Assembly (NCBI GenBank): GCA_031411295.1
Contig: JANOAV010000010.1
Coordinates: 25,367-89,366 of the forward strand
Source: Verrucomicrobiales bacterium
GTDB lineage: Bacteria > Verrucomicrobiota > Verrucomicrobiia > Verrucomicrobiales > V1-33
Length of the DNA: 64,000 nucleotides
Direction of reading: 5' to 3'
Both the position numbers and the translations under genes were made by a program. The notes beneath the pieces were generated by a model that saw nothing but the letters and a program-made list of their open reading frames with translations, was not told where the DNA came from and did not search any database. Each line of letters opens with the position of its first letter. Positions within the stretch are counted from its first letter, which is position 1. Shown here piece after piece: positions 36,729-46,042 of this stretch.

Positions 36729-39683
36729 ATGTCGCGCACTATCATCCTTACCTTTGGCTCACTGGCCACCTTTTCAGCTCTGGCCTTGGCTCAGAGCCCC
36801 ATCGAGCCGCCACGCCGCGCCACCCCTCCAACGGATGCTTCGTTGCTGGCACCGCCTGCGAAAGGAGTCGTGCTGCCGGGAGCAGCACCTGCGGCGGACA
36901 GCCCACCAGAAGCTTCGCAAACCCCAGCGGACCCCCTCCCTGCCCTGCCTGCGGCCACTGAGGCTGCGGCCGCCAAACCCCCCGTGGCCACCGGAGCAAA
37001 CCCTGCGGCCGTGGAAGCGGCCAAGGCCAGAGCCGCTGAATTTAAGGCCAGAGCTGCTGCTGCTGCCGCACGTGCTGGTGCCCCAGGCGGAGCGCCGGCT
37101 GGTGGACCCGGCGGTCTTCCTGGAGGACCCAATCCCGGAGCGGGTGGCGGCGTTAATCCTGCTGGCGGACCTGGTCCCAAGGCGGGAGTGCCCTTAAGTT
37201 CCCCGGCTGGTGCTGATCCATTCGCTCAACCCGGCGGCCAGCCCGCTGGCGCAGCTACGGGGGCGGGCCAATTCGTGGAAATCACCCAAAATCTCACCGC
37301 CTCAGTGGACGATGTCATTGCTGATTACGAATTGAACACCGGGGTGACCGTTCTGCGCACGGGGAACATTCAGGGCACCGTGCCCATTTCTGTGAATCCA
37401 GCCGTCAGAATGACCAAGGAGGAATACGTGGATTACATGAAGGCCGTGCTCATGGTTAATGGCTTCAGTATCCACGAGTATAGCCCCAAACTTCACGCCA
37501 TCACTTTCACTGGCCAAGCCACACCCTTGTTCTCAGCCGCGCCTAATTTTAAGGGCAACCAAGTCTTTACTCGGGAGGCCGATCTTCCTGAGCGTGATGA
37601 ATTCGTGAACTACTTCATGAAGTTTGATAACTTAACTGCCCAGGACGCGGCCACGTTGATCGGTCAGCCCCAGCACCAAAGTGGCAAAGTCACCCCGGTG
37701 CCGAGCGCTGGTGGCTTGTTGATTACGGAATCCGTCCCCGTGATCCGCAGCTTTATCGCCATCAAAAAGGAAGTCGATATTCCCGGCAGCATCATGGAGA
37801 ATAAGTTCGTGCAATTGAAAATTGCCGATGCCGAAGAAGTGGCCGGAGTGATCCAACAAATCCTCCAACAACAAAGTGCCGCCAACAGCAAAGGCGGAGC
37901 AGGCGCAGGAGGAGGCTCCCGCCTCGTAGCCGCGCCCAACGCTGCGCAACAACTCAACGCCCAGTTGGCTGGGCAGCCGAATCCCGCAGGCGGAACGCCC
38001 GCGGGCACCCAGGCAGCTCCGGATAGTTCCGCCATCGTGGTTCAAGCCGACCGCCGCACCAATCGCATTCTCCTCAGCGGGAAGAAATCCGATGTCGCTT
38101 ACATTGAGAAACTCATTCATGAATTCGATCTCCCCTCGGAAATCGAAAATTTTGTAACCTATCCGCTGCGATTCATCCGCGTGACCGACTTCATTGAGTT
38201 GGCCACCGGAGCCCTGGAAGCCCGCGGATTCGGAGCCAGCGGCGGTGGCGCTGGCGGTGGTGGTTCCAGCGCAGGGGGCGCAGCGGGTGGGGCCACCGGC
38301 GGAAATCGCCAGGCCAGCGGCAATGGCTACCCGACTGGAGGAGCCAGTGGCACGAACACCCGTTCCTCCCAAGCAGCCACCAACAGCCGTTCCAGTGGTG
38401 GGAGCAGCAGCCGCAGCAGCGGGGGAGCTGCAGGCGGAGCCGGGGGAGTCAATGGCGGTGGTGGCGGTAGTTCCCGTGGCGGAGCCGGAGCCAGCGCTCA
38501 AAACACCATGGCTATTCCCAGTTCCACCACGGTTGGCAAAACCCTGCTGATTTCCGATCCGCAGTCCAATGCCATCATCGTTTCGGGAACCCCGGAAGCC
38601 CGGGATCAGATCCGCATTCTCATCCAACAAATGGACAAACGTCCGCTCCAGGTGCACATCGACTGTATCATTGCGGAATTGAGTTTGGGAGACAATCTGG
38701 AATACGGTCTCGATCTCCTCCGTAAAGTCGATAACCTGAGCATCGGTGGCAAGAGCGTCGATGCTGGCGGCATCTTCCGCAACACGCCCAGCGGGGCCGA
38801 TTCCTCTTCTACTGGAATCATCGATCCTTCTGTGCTCACTGCGTTGGCTGGATTCCCCGCTGGGGCTTCCGGCTTGAACACTTACTTTTCCGTAGGTGAG
38901 CTGGTCAATGGCTACATTCGCGCCAGCGAGGGCACCAGCAAAGTGAAGGTGATCCAGAAGCCCTCCTTCTCTACTTCCAACAACGAGCCCGCGTATATCT
39001 CCATCGGCCAGCAAGTGCCTTATCCCGGACAGCAACAGTCCTACCTCAACGGCACTGGCGGCACTACGGGAGGAAGCGTCAACTCCACCGTAGAATACAA
39101 GGACGTCGTGCTCAGTCTAGACGTCACTCCACTGATCAACTCCAAGGAGGAAGTTACGTTGCAAATTCAACAAATTAACGACAACGTGACCGGCAGCTCG
39201 GTCATTAACAACAATAAAATTCCGATCATTAGTCAGCAGGAATTAAACACTAAATTGACCGTGCCCAACCACGGGATTGCCGTGATCGGCGGCTTAATTG
39301 CTGATCGGCGGGATGGCTCGAACAACGGTGCTCCCATCTTGGCCCGCATTCCCATCATCCGTAATCTGTTGGGAAATACCACCAAGGCGGACAGCCGCCG
39401 GGAGTTGATGATCTTCATGCAACCGTCCATCATGGCTGGACCAGACGATATGATTGAGGTCAACAGTCGGGAAGTAGCCCGCACCATCGTGGGTCCCGAT
39501 GCAGAGAAATTCGCCCGTCCGGAAATGAACATGAAGGATGTCGTCATGCCGACGGCGCAAGGCAACATCCCTTATGACAGCGCAGGGTATCCCAAAGACC
39601 AACAGCCCGGATTCTGGCGTCGCCTCGGTGGCATCTTCAAACGCAAAACCAACGTCCCGGCAGATCCTGCCTACCCAAGATAA
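36729..39683 (+). CDS. gspD: Type II secretion system secretin
   Basis: Secretin N-domains (ADRRTNRILLSG, SDPQSNAIIVSG); QVHIDCIIAE, ISIGQQVP, LDVTPLIN, VIGGLI, PILARIPII..L, RELMIF. Confidence 0.9.
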   Translation: MSRTIILTFGSLATFSALALAQSPIEPPRRATPPTDASLLAPPAKGVVLPGAAPAADSPPEASQTPADPLPALPAATEAAAAKPPVATGANPAAVEAAKARAAEFKARAAAAAARAGAPGGAPAGGPGGLPGGPNPGAGGGVNPAGGPGPKAGVPLSSPAGADPFAQPGGQPAGAATGAGQFVEITQNLTASVDDVIADYELNTGVTVLRTGNIQGTVPISVNPAVRMTKEEYVDYMKAVLMVNGFSIHEYSPKLHAITFTGQATPLFSAAPNFKGNQVFTREADLPERDEFVNYFMKFDNLTAQDAATLIGQPQHQSGKVTPVPSAGGLLITESVPVIRSFIAIKKEVDIPGSIMENKFVQLKIADAEEVAGVIQQILQQQSAANSKGGAGAGGGSRLVAAPNAAQQLNAQLAGQPNPAGGTPAGTQAAPDSSAIVVQADRRTNRILLSGKKSDVAYIEKLIHEFDLPSEIENFVTYPLRFIRVTDFIELATGALEARGFGASGGGAGGGGSSAGGAAGGATGGNRQASGNGYPTGGASGTNTRSSQAATNSRSSGGSSSRSSGGAAGGAGGVNGGGGGSSRGGAGASAQNTMAIPSSTTVGKTLLISDPQSNAIIVSGTPEARDQIRILIQQMDKRPLQVHIDCIIAELSLGDNLEYGLDLLRKVDNLSIGGKSVDAGGIFRNTPSGADSSSTGIIDPSVLTALAGFPAGASGLNTYFSVGELVNGYIRASEGTSKVKVIQKPSFSTSNNEPAYISIGQQVPYPGQQQSYLNGTGGTTGGSVNSTVEYKDVVLSLDVTPLINSKEEVTLQIQQINDNVTGSSVINNNKIPIISQQELNTKLTVPNHGIAVIGGLIADRRDGSNNGAPILARIPIIRNLLGNTTKADSRRELMIFMQPSIMAGPDDMIEVNSREVARTIVGPDAEKFARPEMNMKDVVMPTAQGNIPYDSAGYPKDQQPGFWRRLGGIFKRKTNVPADPAYPR

Positions 39684-39835
39684 CGCGTTTGATGTTAGTT
39701 CCGATCAGCAGTGGTGGACTTAACGCATCGTGAGGTTCTCCGCATGGTCGCTTTATTCTTAGTTGCAATCGTGCGGGAAGGCCTATGGTGAGGCTACTCC
39801 TTTAGTCTTAACCACCCCCAAACACCCCTAATTTT

Positions 39836-40165
39836 ATGGCCAGTGCTGCCGTCATTAAACTCACTGCGGACAACTTTGTCTCTGAAGTTCTCGAATCCGA
39901 TGTCCCCGTTCTGGTTGATTTCTGGGCCGAATGGTGTGGGCCTTGCAAAATGCTGGGACCAATCCTCGACGAGATTGCGCGGGACAAAGGTGCCGCCGTC
40001 AAAGTCGGTAAAGTCAATGTGGACGACGAAGCTGCCCTAGCGTCCCAGTTCGGCATTCAAAGTATTCCCGCCCTGTTCTACTTCAAGGGTGGTCAGTTGG
40101 CGCACAAATCCGTCGGCGTGACTCCGAAGAGCCAGATCATCCAGAAGCTGGAATCGCTGGCCTAA
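39836..40165 (+). CDS. trxA: Thioredoxin
   Basis: VLVDFWAEWCGPCK, IQSIP. Confidence 0.96.
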   Translation: MASAAVIKLTADNFVSEVLESDVPVLVDFWAEWCGPCKMLGPILDEIARDKGAAVKVGKVNVDDEAALASQFGIQSIPALFYFKGGQLAHKSVGVTPKSQIIQKLESLA

Positions 40166-40187
40166 CCTAGCGCTAGCATTTTCGAAG

Positions 40188-40220
40188 CAGCAGGAACCCT
40201 CGGGTTCCTGCTGTTTTTTT
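40188..40220 (+). terminator. Rho-independent terminator
   Basis: CAGCAGGAACCC-TC-GGGTTCCTGCTG followed by T7. Confidence 0.9.
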
Positions 40221-40295
40221 GGCCATCAGGCGTTCCGCACATAACTACCAAAAATTCTTGCATCCCGTGCCACATACTGCTTTTACTCATCACCC

Positions 40296-41147
40296 ATGAA
40301 AATCGGATTCAACCTACTTCTCTACACAGGCCACGTCACTGAGGCCAACTTCTCCGTCCTCCCCAAACTCAAAGCCGCTGGTTATGATGGGGTGGAAATT
40401 CCCCTCTTCGACGTGAGCAGCCCAGCTCATTTCAAGACCATTGCCAAAGCGTGTGCGGACAACGGCCTGCTCGTCAATGCCGTGACTGTCTTGCCGGACG
40501 AAGAACATAACGCTATTTCGCCTGTGGCTGCTAACCGTCAGGGAGCCATTGATCATCTCCACAAAGTCATCGAGTGCGCGCACGCTGCCACCGTGGGCAC
40601 CATTTGCGGACCGTTCTATCAAGTGCTCGGAAATTTCACCGGTGCCTATCCCACGGATACCGAACTGGAACACGCCGCCGAAGTGCATCGCGCCGTGTGC
40701 CCTGCGGCTCAAGCTGCCGGCATTACCTTTGCCGTGGAAGCGCTGAACCGCTTCGAAAGCCACCTGCTCAACACCATGGAGCAAGCCGCCAGTTACGTGA
40801 AGCGCGTCAACATGCCGAACTTCGGCACCATGTATGACACCTTCCACGCGAACATCGAGGAAAAGGATCCCATCGGCTGCATCGAAACTGTCTGGTCCAC
40901 CGGGAAACTGAACAACGTGCACATTTCCGAAAATGATCGTGGCACCCCCGGCAAAGGCCACGTGAACATCGCTGGCAGCATCAAGAAACTCCAGAGCCTG
41001 GGCTACGACGGCTGGCTCACCATCGAAGCCTTCGGTGGCTCCCTGCCAGATCTGGCCGCCGCCACCCGCGTCTGGCGCGATTTCTTCCCTAACACAGAAG
41101 AAGTTTACACCTTCGGCATCCAAACCATCAAAGCCGCCCTTGCCTAA
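40296..41147 (+). CDS. Sugar phosphate isomerase/epimerase (D-psicose/D-tagatose 3-epimerase family)
   Basis: GYDGVEIP, EALNRFE, YDTFHANIEE, HISENDRG.PG.GH, GYDGWLTIEAF. Confidence 0.92.
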   Translation: MKIGFNLLLYTGHVTEANFSVLPKLKAAGYDGVEIPLFDVSSPAHFKTIAKACADNGLLVNAVTVLPDEEHNAISPVAANRQGAIDHLHKVIECAHAATVGTICGPFYQVLGNFTGAYPTDTELEHAAEVHRAVCPAAQAAGITFAVEALNRFESHLLNTMEQAASYVKRVNMPNFGTMYDTFHANIEEKDPIGCIETVWSTGKLNNVHISENDRGTPGKGHVNIAGSIKKLQSLGYDGWLTIEAFGGSLPDLAAATRVWRDFFPNTEEVYTFGIQTIKAALA

Positions 41148-41168
41148 CCGTCAGAGCAAGACTTCACG

Positions 41169-41204
41169 AAAAATCCCGACCTGTCCGCAGGCCGGGATTT
41201 TTTT
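41169..41204 (+). terminator. Rho-independent terminator (possibly bidirectional)
   Basis: AAAAATCCCG-A-CCTG-TCCG-CAGG-C-CGGGATTTTTTT. Confidence 0.8.
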
Positions 41205-41410
41205 GTGCTCCAAGTGGAGGGCGAGGTAACGAGACCAATCCCACGCTGCCTTTAATTTCACTACATCAACTGAATCTCATGGTGTGAGCGTCCTAGATAA
41301 CTGATCCAACCGCACCCGCACGGAATCTCAAAAGGCTGCAAATTCTCCTTTTCCCGGAGGAAATAATCCGCTTGAGTGGCTTCAGTTCACCTTTCCTGAT
41401 TTCCCCTCAC

Positions 41411-42865
41411 ATGTATCCAGACAAAACACTTCTTGGCCAAGGCAAATGCGGTCCCGTTTATCGCGCCGCGCATCCGCAAACGGGCCAGCCGATTCTGCTT
41501 AAGATCCTGCCCGACGATGGGGCCGCTGCGGCCCCGTTGGATCAGGCGTTGGTGCAGCAGATGGCTCCGCAGTGGATGCAGGTTGGGGGTTTCAATATTG
41601 CGCGGCTGCTTGCGGTCGAGCCTCTGGAAGATGGGCTGGGGCTCGTTTCCGAATATGTCGCTGCGCCCACCGTTTCCACCTATCCGAACAAGGGCAAGGT
41701 GCCGGCGGCGGAGGCTCTGGATATTGCGAATCAGCTGATCAACGCGCTCGTCTCCGGGGAAAAGGTGCGGCAGATTCATGGCGATGTGAAGCCATCGAAC
41801 GTGCTGATTGGCACCCAGGCAGATGGTCGGCCGCATGTGCGCCTAACCGACTGGGGACTGAATCAGGCACGGGGAACGCATCCGATGGAAACGTATCTGT
41901 TCACCGCTCCCGAGCGCTTGGATGGCTCCGCCCCTACCTTGCGGGGAGATTTGTTCTCCGCGGGCAGCGTCCTGTTTTTTCTGCTCACTGGCATGACGTT
42001 GGTCATGGGGCGCACTCCGCAGGAAATCTTCCAGGCTTGGAAGACGGCCGCTCCAGATCATCTCAAGAAAATTCGCAAAGACCTGCCGGCCAAATTGGTT
42101 AAGTTTGTTCTCACCTTGTTGGAGTTGAAGCCGGACAAGCGCCCGTTGAATCCCTCCGCCGCCATGAAGCTGCTGGCGGAGCTGAATCCACCAGCCCTCC
42201 CCCAACCTGCGGCACCAACCCGGGCGGTCGGAAACCCAGCCACGCGTCCGATTACAGCAGGCGGGCGCCCCGTTATGCCTAACCGTCCCACCAATCCGGG
42301 GGCGCGTCCCACTCCTGCCGCAGCACCGATAAATTCTGTGCCAGTGCAGGCACCCATGCAACCACCCAGCAGTATTCAGAGTCCTGGGATCGCCCGTCCC
42401 CCCGCCAGCGTGGCGGAGGACGTGGTGCCGATTGTGGCCATGCGTCCGCCGCCGGAGATCGCAGCTCAGCTCCATTTACCCGTCAGCGCCTTGCCCGTGG
42501 AAATCGTGGCCCCCACAGGCTCCCACACGCAACCATTCGTTACCGGCAATGCCCAAGCCCAGGCGATTCCCGTAGGAACGCGGACCCAACCCATGCAATC
42601 CCACGGACAACAGGCGACAGCGACGCAAGTCCCCATGCCTGTTTCCATGGGTCAGCGTCGCCCGCGGCAGGCTCCTGCGCCCCCCAAAAGTCCGCTCGTT
42701 CCCATCCTGACTATTCTAGTGTTGCTCTCCATGATCGGCACTGGCGTTTACATTTTCCTCAACAAGGACAAACTCTTCAAAGCCGAGGCGAAGCAGGAGG
42801 AATCCACAGAGATTAAATCCGCCAGTGATTTGATGAACAAGATCAAGAACTCAGGGAAAAAATAG
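41411..42865 (+). CDS. Ser/Thr protein kinase with Pro-rich linker and C-terminal TM
   Basis: LGQGKCGPVY, LLK, HGDVKPSN, DWG, TAPE, DLFSAG. Confidence 0.85.
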   Translation: MYPDKTLLGQGKCGPVYRAAHPQTGQPILLKILPDDGAAAAPLDQALVQQMAPQWMQVGGFNIARLLAVEPLEDGLGLVSEYVAAPTVSTYPNKGKVPAAEALDIANQLINALVSGEKVRQIHGDVKPSNVLIGTQADGRPHVRLTDWGLNQARGTHPMETYLFTAPERLDGSAPTLRGDLFSAGSVLFFLLTGMTLVMGRTPQEIFQAWKTAAPDHLKKIRKDLPAKLVKFVLTLLELKPDKRPLNPSAAMKLLAELNPPALPQPAAPTRAVGNPATRPITAGGRPVMPNRPTNPGARPTPAAAPINSVPVQAPMQPPSSIQSPGIARPPASVAEDVVPIVAMRPPPEIAAQLHLPVSALPVEIVAPTGSHTQPFVTGNAQAQAIPVGTRTQPMQSHGQQATATQVPMPVSMGQRRPRQAPAPPKSPLVPILTILVLLSMIGTGVYIFLNKDKLFKAEAKQEESTEIKSASDLMNKIKNSGKK

Positions 42866-43305
42866 CACCCAGCCCTGCCGGTAAGCCGCAATCGAAATTG
42901 GCGAGCTATAAAATCCGGCATCGCCGAATCCTGGGTTCCCGGCACCAGCGCAAGCCCAGTGGGCGAAATGATTCCCTAACTCAAAGTGTGGCAGCAGTCC
43001 GCTGGACTGATGGGCGGCTTCAGGCCGTGGCTATCGACCTGCCTGGGGGCTGGTATTTGAGCGCCAGATCGGTGCCGGGATTTAATTAATTAAGGCTTTA
43101 AGAAAATCATTTTCGGCAGCAGCTACCTCCGAGATAACTGATAACTTCTCTCCCGCCGCATGCATCAGCCCATCAGGTCAATTCGAGCGAACGTAAAAAA
43201 TTTTATCAAAGGGTGTAACCCGCAGTGAGTTCAGTGCCAACTAATAGTAACACCGCGCATGCATCGAGTGCGCGAATCATAAATCACTAACTCAATAACA
43301 ACACT

Positions 43306-44076
43306 ATGAAAACATCATCCATCACTACCATCCTGTCCGCTGCCTGCATCGCTCTAACCGCCTTCACACCCACTGCCGCTCAAGCGCAAACCACTCCCAC
43401 CTATGTGGGCTCCGCCACCACTAGCAGCAATCCTTATTATTTCGTGGGAAAGTTGAATATGACTTTCCGCTCGGCCAGCGGAGTGGAGCAGAATTTCGTG
43501 GGCAGCGCCACGACGATCAAACCCTATAGCGCGCTTACGGCTGGTCATTGCGTCTATCATGGCACCATGGGCTGGCTGCGTCGCGCCACCTTTGAACGCG
43601 CCAAATATTATAATACAGCCGCGTCCACCAATACCGTGACTCGGATGTGGGTGATCGGTGGTTACACGAGCAATGCTGGCAATGGTTCCACCAATACCTA
43701 CACTGGTTTCTCCTATGATGCTGGTGCCGTAATCTGCAGCACTCGTCCAGCGGGCGGTGGCTATGCTGGCTGGAGCACCAACACCGCCCTCCTCACTGGC
43801 ACGGCCTATAACATGAGCTTGGGTTACGGCTCCGAGAATCATAACGGTCTGGAGATGCTGCGCAGCGCCCCTACCCGTGGCTTCACCCGGTCCACCGGTG
43901 CCTACTACCGGAATACCACCTATCAGATTGAAGGCGGCATGAGCGGCGGTCCGGTGTTCGCTCTGAGCGGTTCCACTTGGTATGTGGCCGCCATCAATGT
44001 ATCTGGTGGCTCTGCGGCCGGAGTGCGCGCCCTCGACAGTGCTACGACTAGCCTGATCAACACGAATCTCAACTAA
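43306..44076 (+). CDS. Secreted trypsin-like (S1, glutamyl-endopeptidase-like) serine protease
   Basis: Signal peptide; LTAGHC, YDAG, GMSGGP catalytic triad motifs. Confidence 0.88.
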   Translation: MKTSSITTILSAACIALTAFTPTAAQAQTTPTYVGSATTSSNPYYFVGKLNMTFRSASGVEQNFVGSATTIKPYSALTAGHCVYHGTMGWLRRATFERAKYYNTAASTNTVTRMWVIGGYTSNAGNGSTNTYTGFSYDAGAVICSTRPAGGGYAGWSTNTALLTGTAYNMSLGYGSENHNGLEMLRSAPTRGFTRSTGAYYRNTTYQIEGGMSGGPVFALSGSTWYVAAINVSGGSAAGVRALDSATTSLINTNLN

Positions 44077-44087
44077 GGGACTCATCA

Positions 44088-44119
44088 GACCGCCGTTCCG
44101 GGAAACCGGAACGGCGGTC
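44088..44119. other. Perfect 14-bp stem-loop with GAAA tetraloop, no U-tract
   Basis: GACCGCCGTTCCGG-GAAA-CCGGAACGGCGGTC between co-directional genes. Confidence 0.75.
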
Positions 44120-44167
44120 GCGCTTCCCGCCGCTCGCCATTTCATTCATCCTTCACTTCCTCTTCTT

Positions 44168-45361
44168 ATGAAAAAGTCATCTTTACTTTGCCTCAGCATC
44201 CTCCTTTGCCTCCTTTCGGCTTGGTTGCTCCGTGCGCACTACAGCAAGCCATCAGGGACGGGCACGACGGAGGTTGGGGTTGCGCATCAAGAACGGGTCA
44301 AGACCGGAGCACCGGATGCCGTGGTTTCCGCAGCCGCCAATGAGGATAATCCAGCGGCCCCCGACACCCAGCCGCTTAGCGCAGCTGCTGCCACCATTCA
44401 CGCCGCGCTGGAAGCCGCACTCGTTGAGCTTCAGAGCGGAGATCCTGCACGGCGGGAGGCGGCACTGCAAATGCTGGATGAACTTCTGAGCGGAGCAGGG
44501 CATGACGCCAAAGCCGCGATCGACGCCATCATGGCATTCCTGCGCTCTGGCCGTGATGCCCAGACTGGTGAGGAGTTCGTGGTGGGTGCGGAGGGCTTGC
44601 TGGATCATGCCCCCACCCTGCGCAGCCTGCTCATGGACCACCTGGGCTCCCTCTGCTTGGAGGCCGGTCAGACCGAGGCTCTGACCTTAGCGCATAGTGT
44701 GCTCGGTAAATTCGGCTCCACTGACGAGTGGGCGGTCTGCCTCCGTAACACCGCTTGGTTAGACGCCAAGAGCGGTGATTTCCTAACGCAGAAAATGGAG
44801 CAAATGCTCTCCCACGAAGCTTGGTTGAAAAACCCCACCAGAAGCTTCCTGGAATCCTTCGATGTCATTGGCTCGGTGGGTGCCACCAGCCTGTTGCCAC
44901 GCTTGGAACAGTTTACGAGCAATCAGGAAATGGCCAATCTCTGGCGTGCGGGAACTGTGGCGTTGGATCAATTCGCCACCAATCACCCGTTGGAAACGTT
45001 GCAATATTTACAATCCCATCCTGAATTCCTCCAAGATCGCCCCCTCCAACGAGCTGACTTGCTAGCCAAAGCGGACATGGGAAAATCAGACCAACGGGCG
45101 CTGGTGGAAGCCTATCTGCAAAATCCCAAATTTACGGCAGACGAACGTGGTAAGGTAATCGATGGGCTGGCGCTACAAGGTGGATTTCTTTCGCAGAATT
45201 TACTGACGCGGCCCCAAGCCATCACCCCCGAGTCTGAACAGCTTCGCATCGCCATGCTGCACGATTTGGGAAACCAATGGAAAGGCAGTAATCGGTTCCC
45301 TGACTTAAATGAATACATCGATAATCTCCTCCTGACCACGCAACCGCCCCCTGCCGAATAA
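44168..45361 (+). CDS. Hypothetical membrane-anchored/secreted alpha-helical protein
   Basis: 397 aa; N-terminal hydrophobic segment; no recognised domain. Confidence 0.75.
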   Translation: MKKSSLLCLSILLCLLSAWLLRAHYSKPSGTGTTEVGVAHQERVKTGAPDAVVSAAANEDNPAAPDTQPLSAAAATIHAALEAALVELQSGDPARREAALQMLDELLSGAGHDAKAAIDAIMAFLRSGRDAQTGEEFVVGAEGLLDHAPTLRSLLMDHLGSLCLEAGQTEALTLAHSVLGKFGSTDEWAVCLRNTAWLDAKSGDFLTQKMEQMLSHEAWLKNPTRSFLESFDVIGSVGATSLLPRLEQFTSNQEMANLWRAGTVALDQFATNHPLETLQYLQSHPEFLQDRPLQRADLLAKADMGKSDQRALVEAYLQNPKFTADERGKVIDGLALQGGFLSQNLLTRPQAITPESEQLRIAMLHDLGNQWKGSNRFPDLNEYIDNLLLTTQPPPAE

Positions 45362-45408
45362 GCGGTTATCCGCTGATGACAGTTGCACCAACGGGAACCA
45401 AAGCCACC

Positions 45409-45436
45409 GGGGCAGCAAAGTAAAATTTGCTGTCCC
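45409..45436 (+). terminator. Stem-loop, possible terminator
   Basis: GGGGCAGCAAA-GTAAAA-TTTGCTGTCCC downstream of the 45361 stop. Confidence 0.45.
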
Positions 45437-45482
45437 GCTTGGCATTTGCGATGCAGGCACGAGGACGCGCGAGTAATAAATC

Positions 45483-45551
45483 ATCGGTTAGAGGTCTGGT
45501 TTTGAACACCAGAGCAGAACTGGTGTGTTCAAAATCAGACTTCTAACCGAT
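45483..45551. repeat. Imperfect 27-bp-arm inverted repeat (unit A / A')
   Basis: ATCGGTTAGAGGTCTGGTTTTGAACAC ... GTGTTCAAAATCAGACTTCTAACCGAT; degenerate third copy at ~45860-45899. Confidence 0.75.
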
Positions 45552-45581
45552 TCAATATTCCTGCGTTAGTTAAGACTACAT

Positions 45582-45828
45582 TGTCCCCGGCAGGGGACGC
45601 AGAAATTAGCCGGGGGTTGAGCGATAGCGATACCCCCGGTTAGCGGACCAAAAGAGCTGCATCCCGTCAGGGATGCCAGATCGGCAACGTGATCGGGCTT
45701 TTAATACGCCTTGTTGCCACGGTGTTCCTTTTCTGGCATCCCTGCCGGGATGCGGTCATTTTGTGAGATTACCGGGGGTATCGCTCCGCTCAACCCCCGG
45801 CTAATTTCTGCGTCCCCTGCCGGGGACA
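45582..45828. mobile_element. Non-autonomous REPIN/MITE-like palindromic element (~247 bp)
   Basis: Near-perfect ~59-bp terminal inverted repeats (45582-45640 / 45771-45828), each with internal hairpins; inner 22-bp IR pair 45659-45680 / 45732-45753. Confidence 0.8.
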
Positions 45829-46042
45829 TAACTGTCTTAGATAACGCAGGATTGATGCTCCGATTAGGAGCCATCTTTTGAACACCCCAGTGCAGAACTT
45901 CGTCGGAGCATTGGTTGGGGAAGGTAAAATATCTTCGGTTGTGACGGTGCTAAATTTCAGCATGGTGAGCTTGTTCGATACCACTTATGGTCCGCCTCAC
46001 TCACAGCTACTGCCCGCCTCCTTCGGCCTTTCCCTGCACCGC

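Noticed and set aside
37632..39035. Long antisense ORFs (also 30460-31515, 54861-56201, 34234-35178, 40314-41123)
   Set aside because: Opposite well-supported genes; expected from GC-rich codon bias; no motifs
40258..40272. Sigma-54 promoter-like TGGCACGGGATGCA on the minus strand
   Set aside because: GG-to-GC spacing is 8 rather than 10, and it points away from the adjacent gene
45483..45899. Units A/A'/A as a mini-CRISPR
   Set aside because: Copies are inverted, degenerate and irregularly spaced, and no cas genes are present
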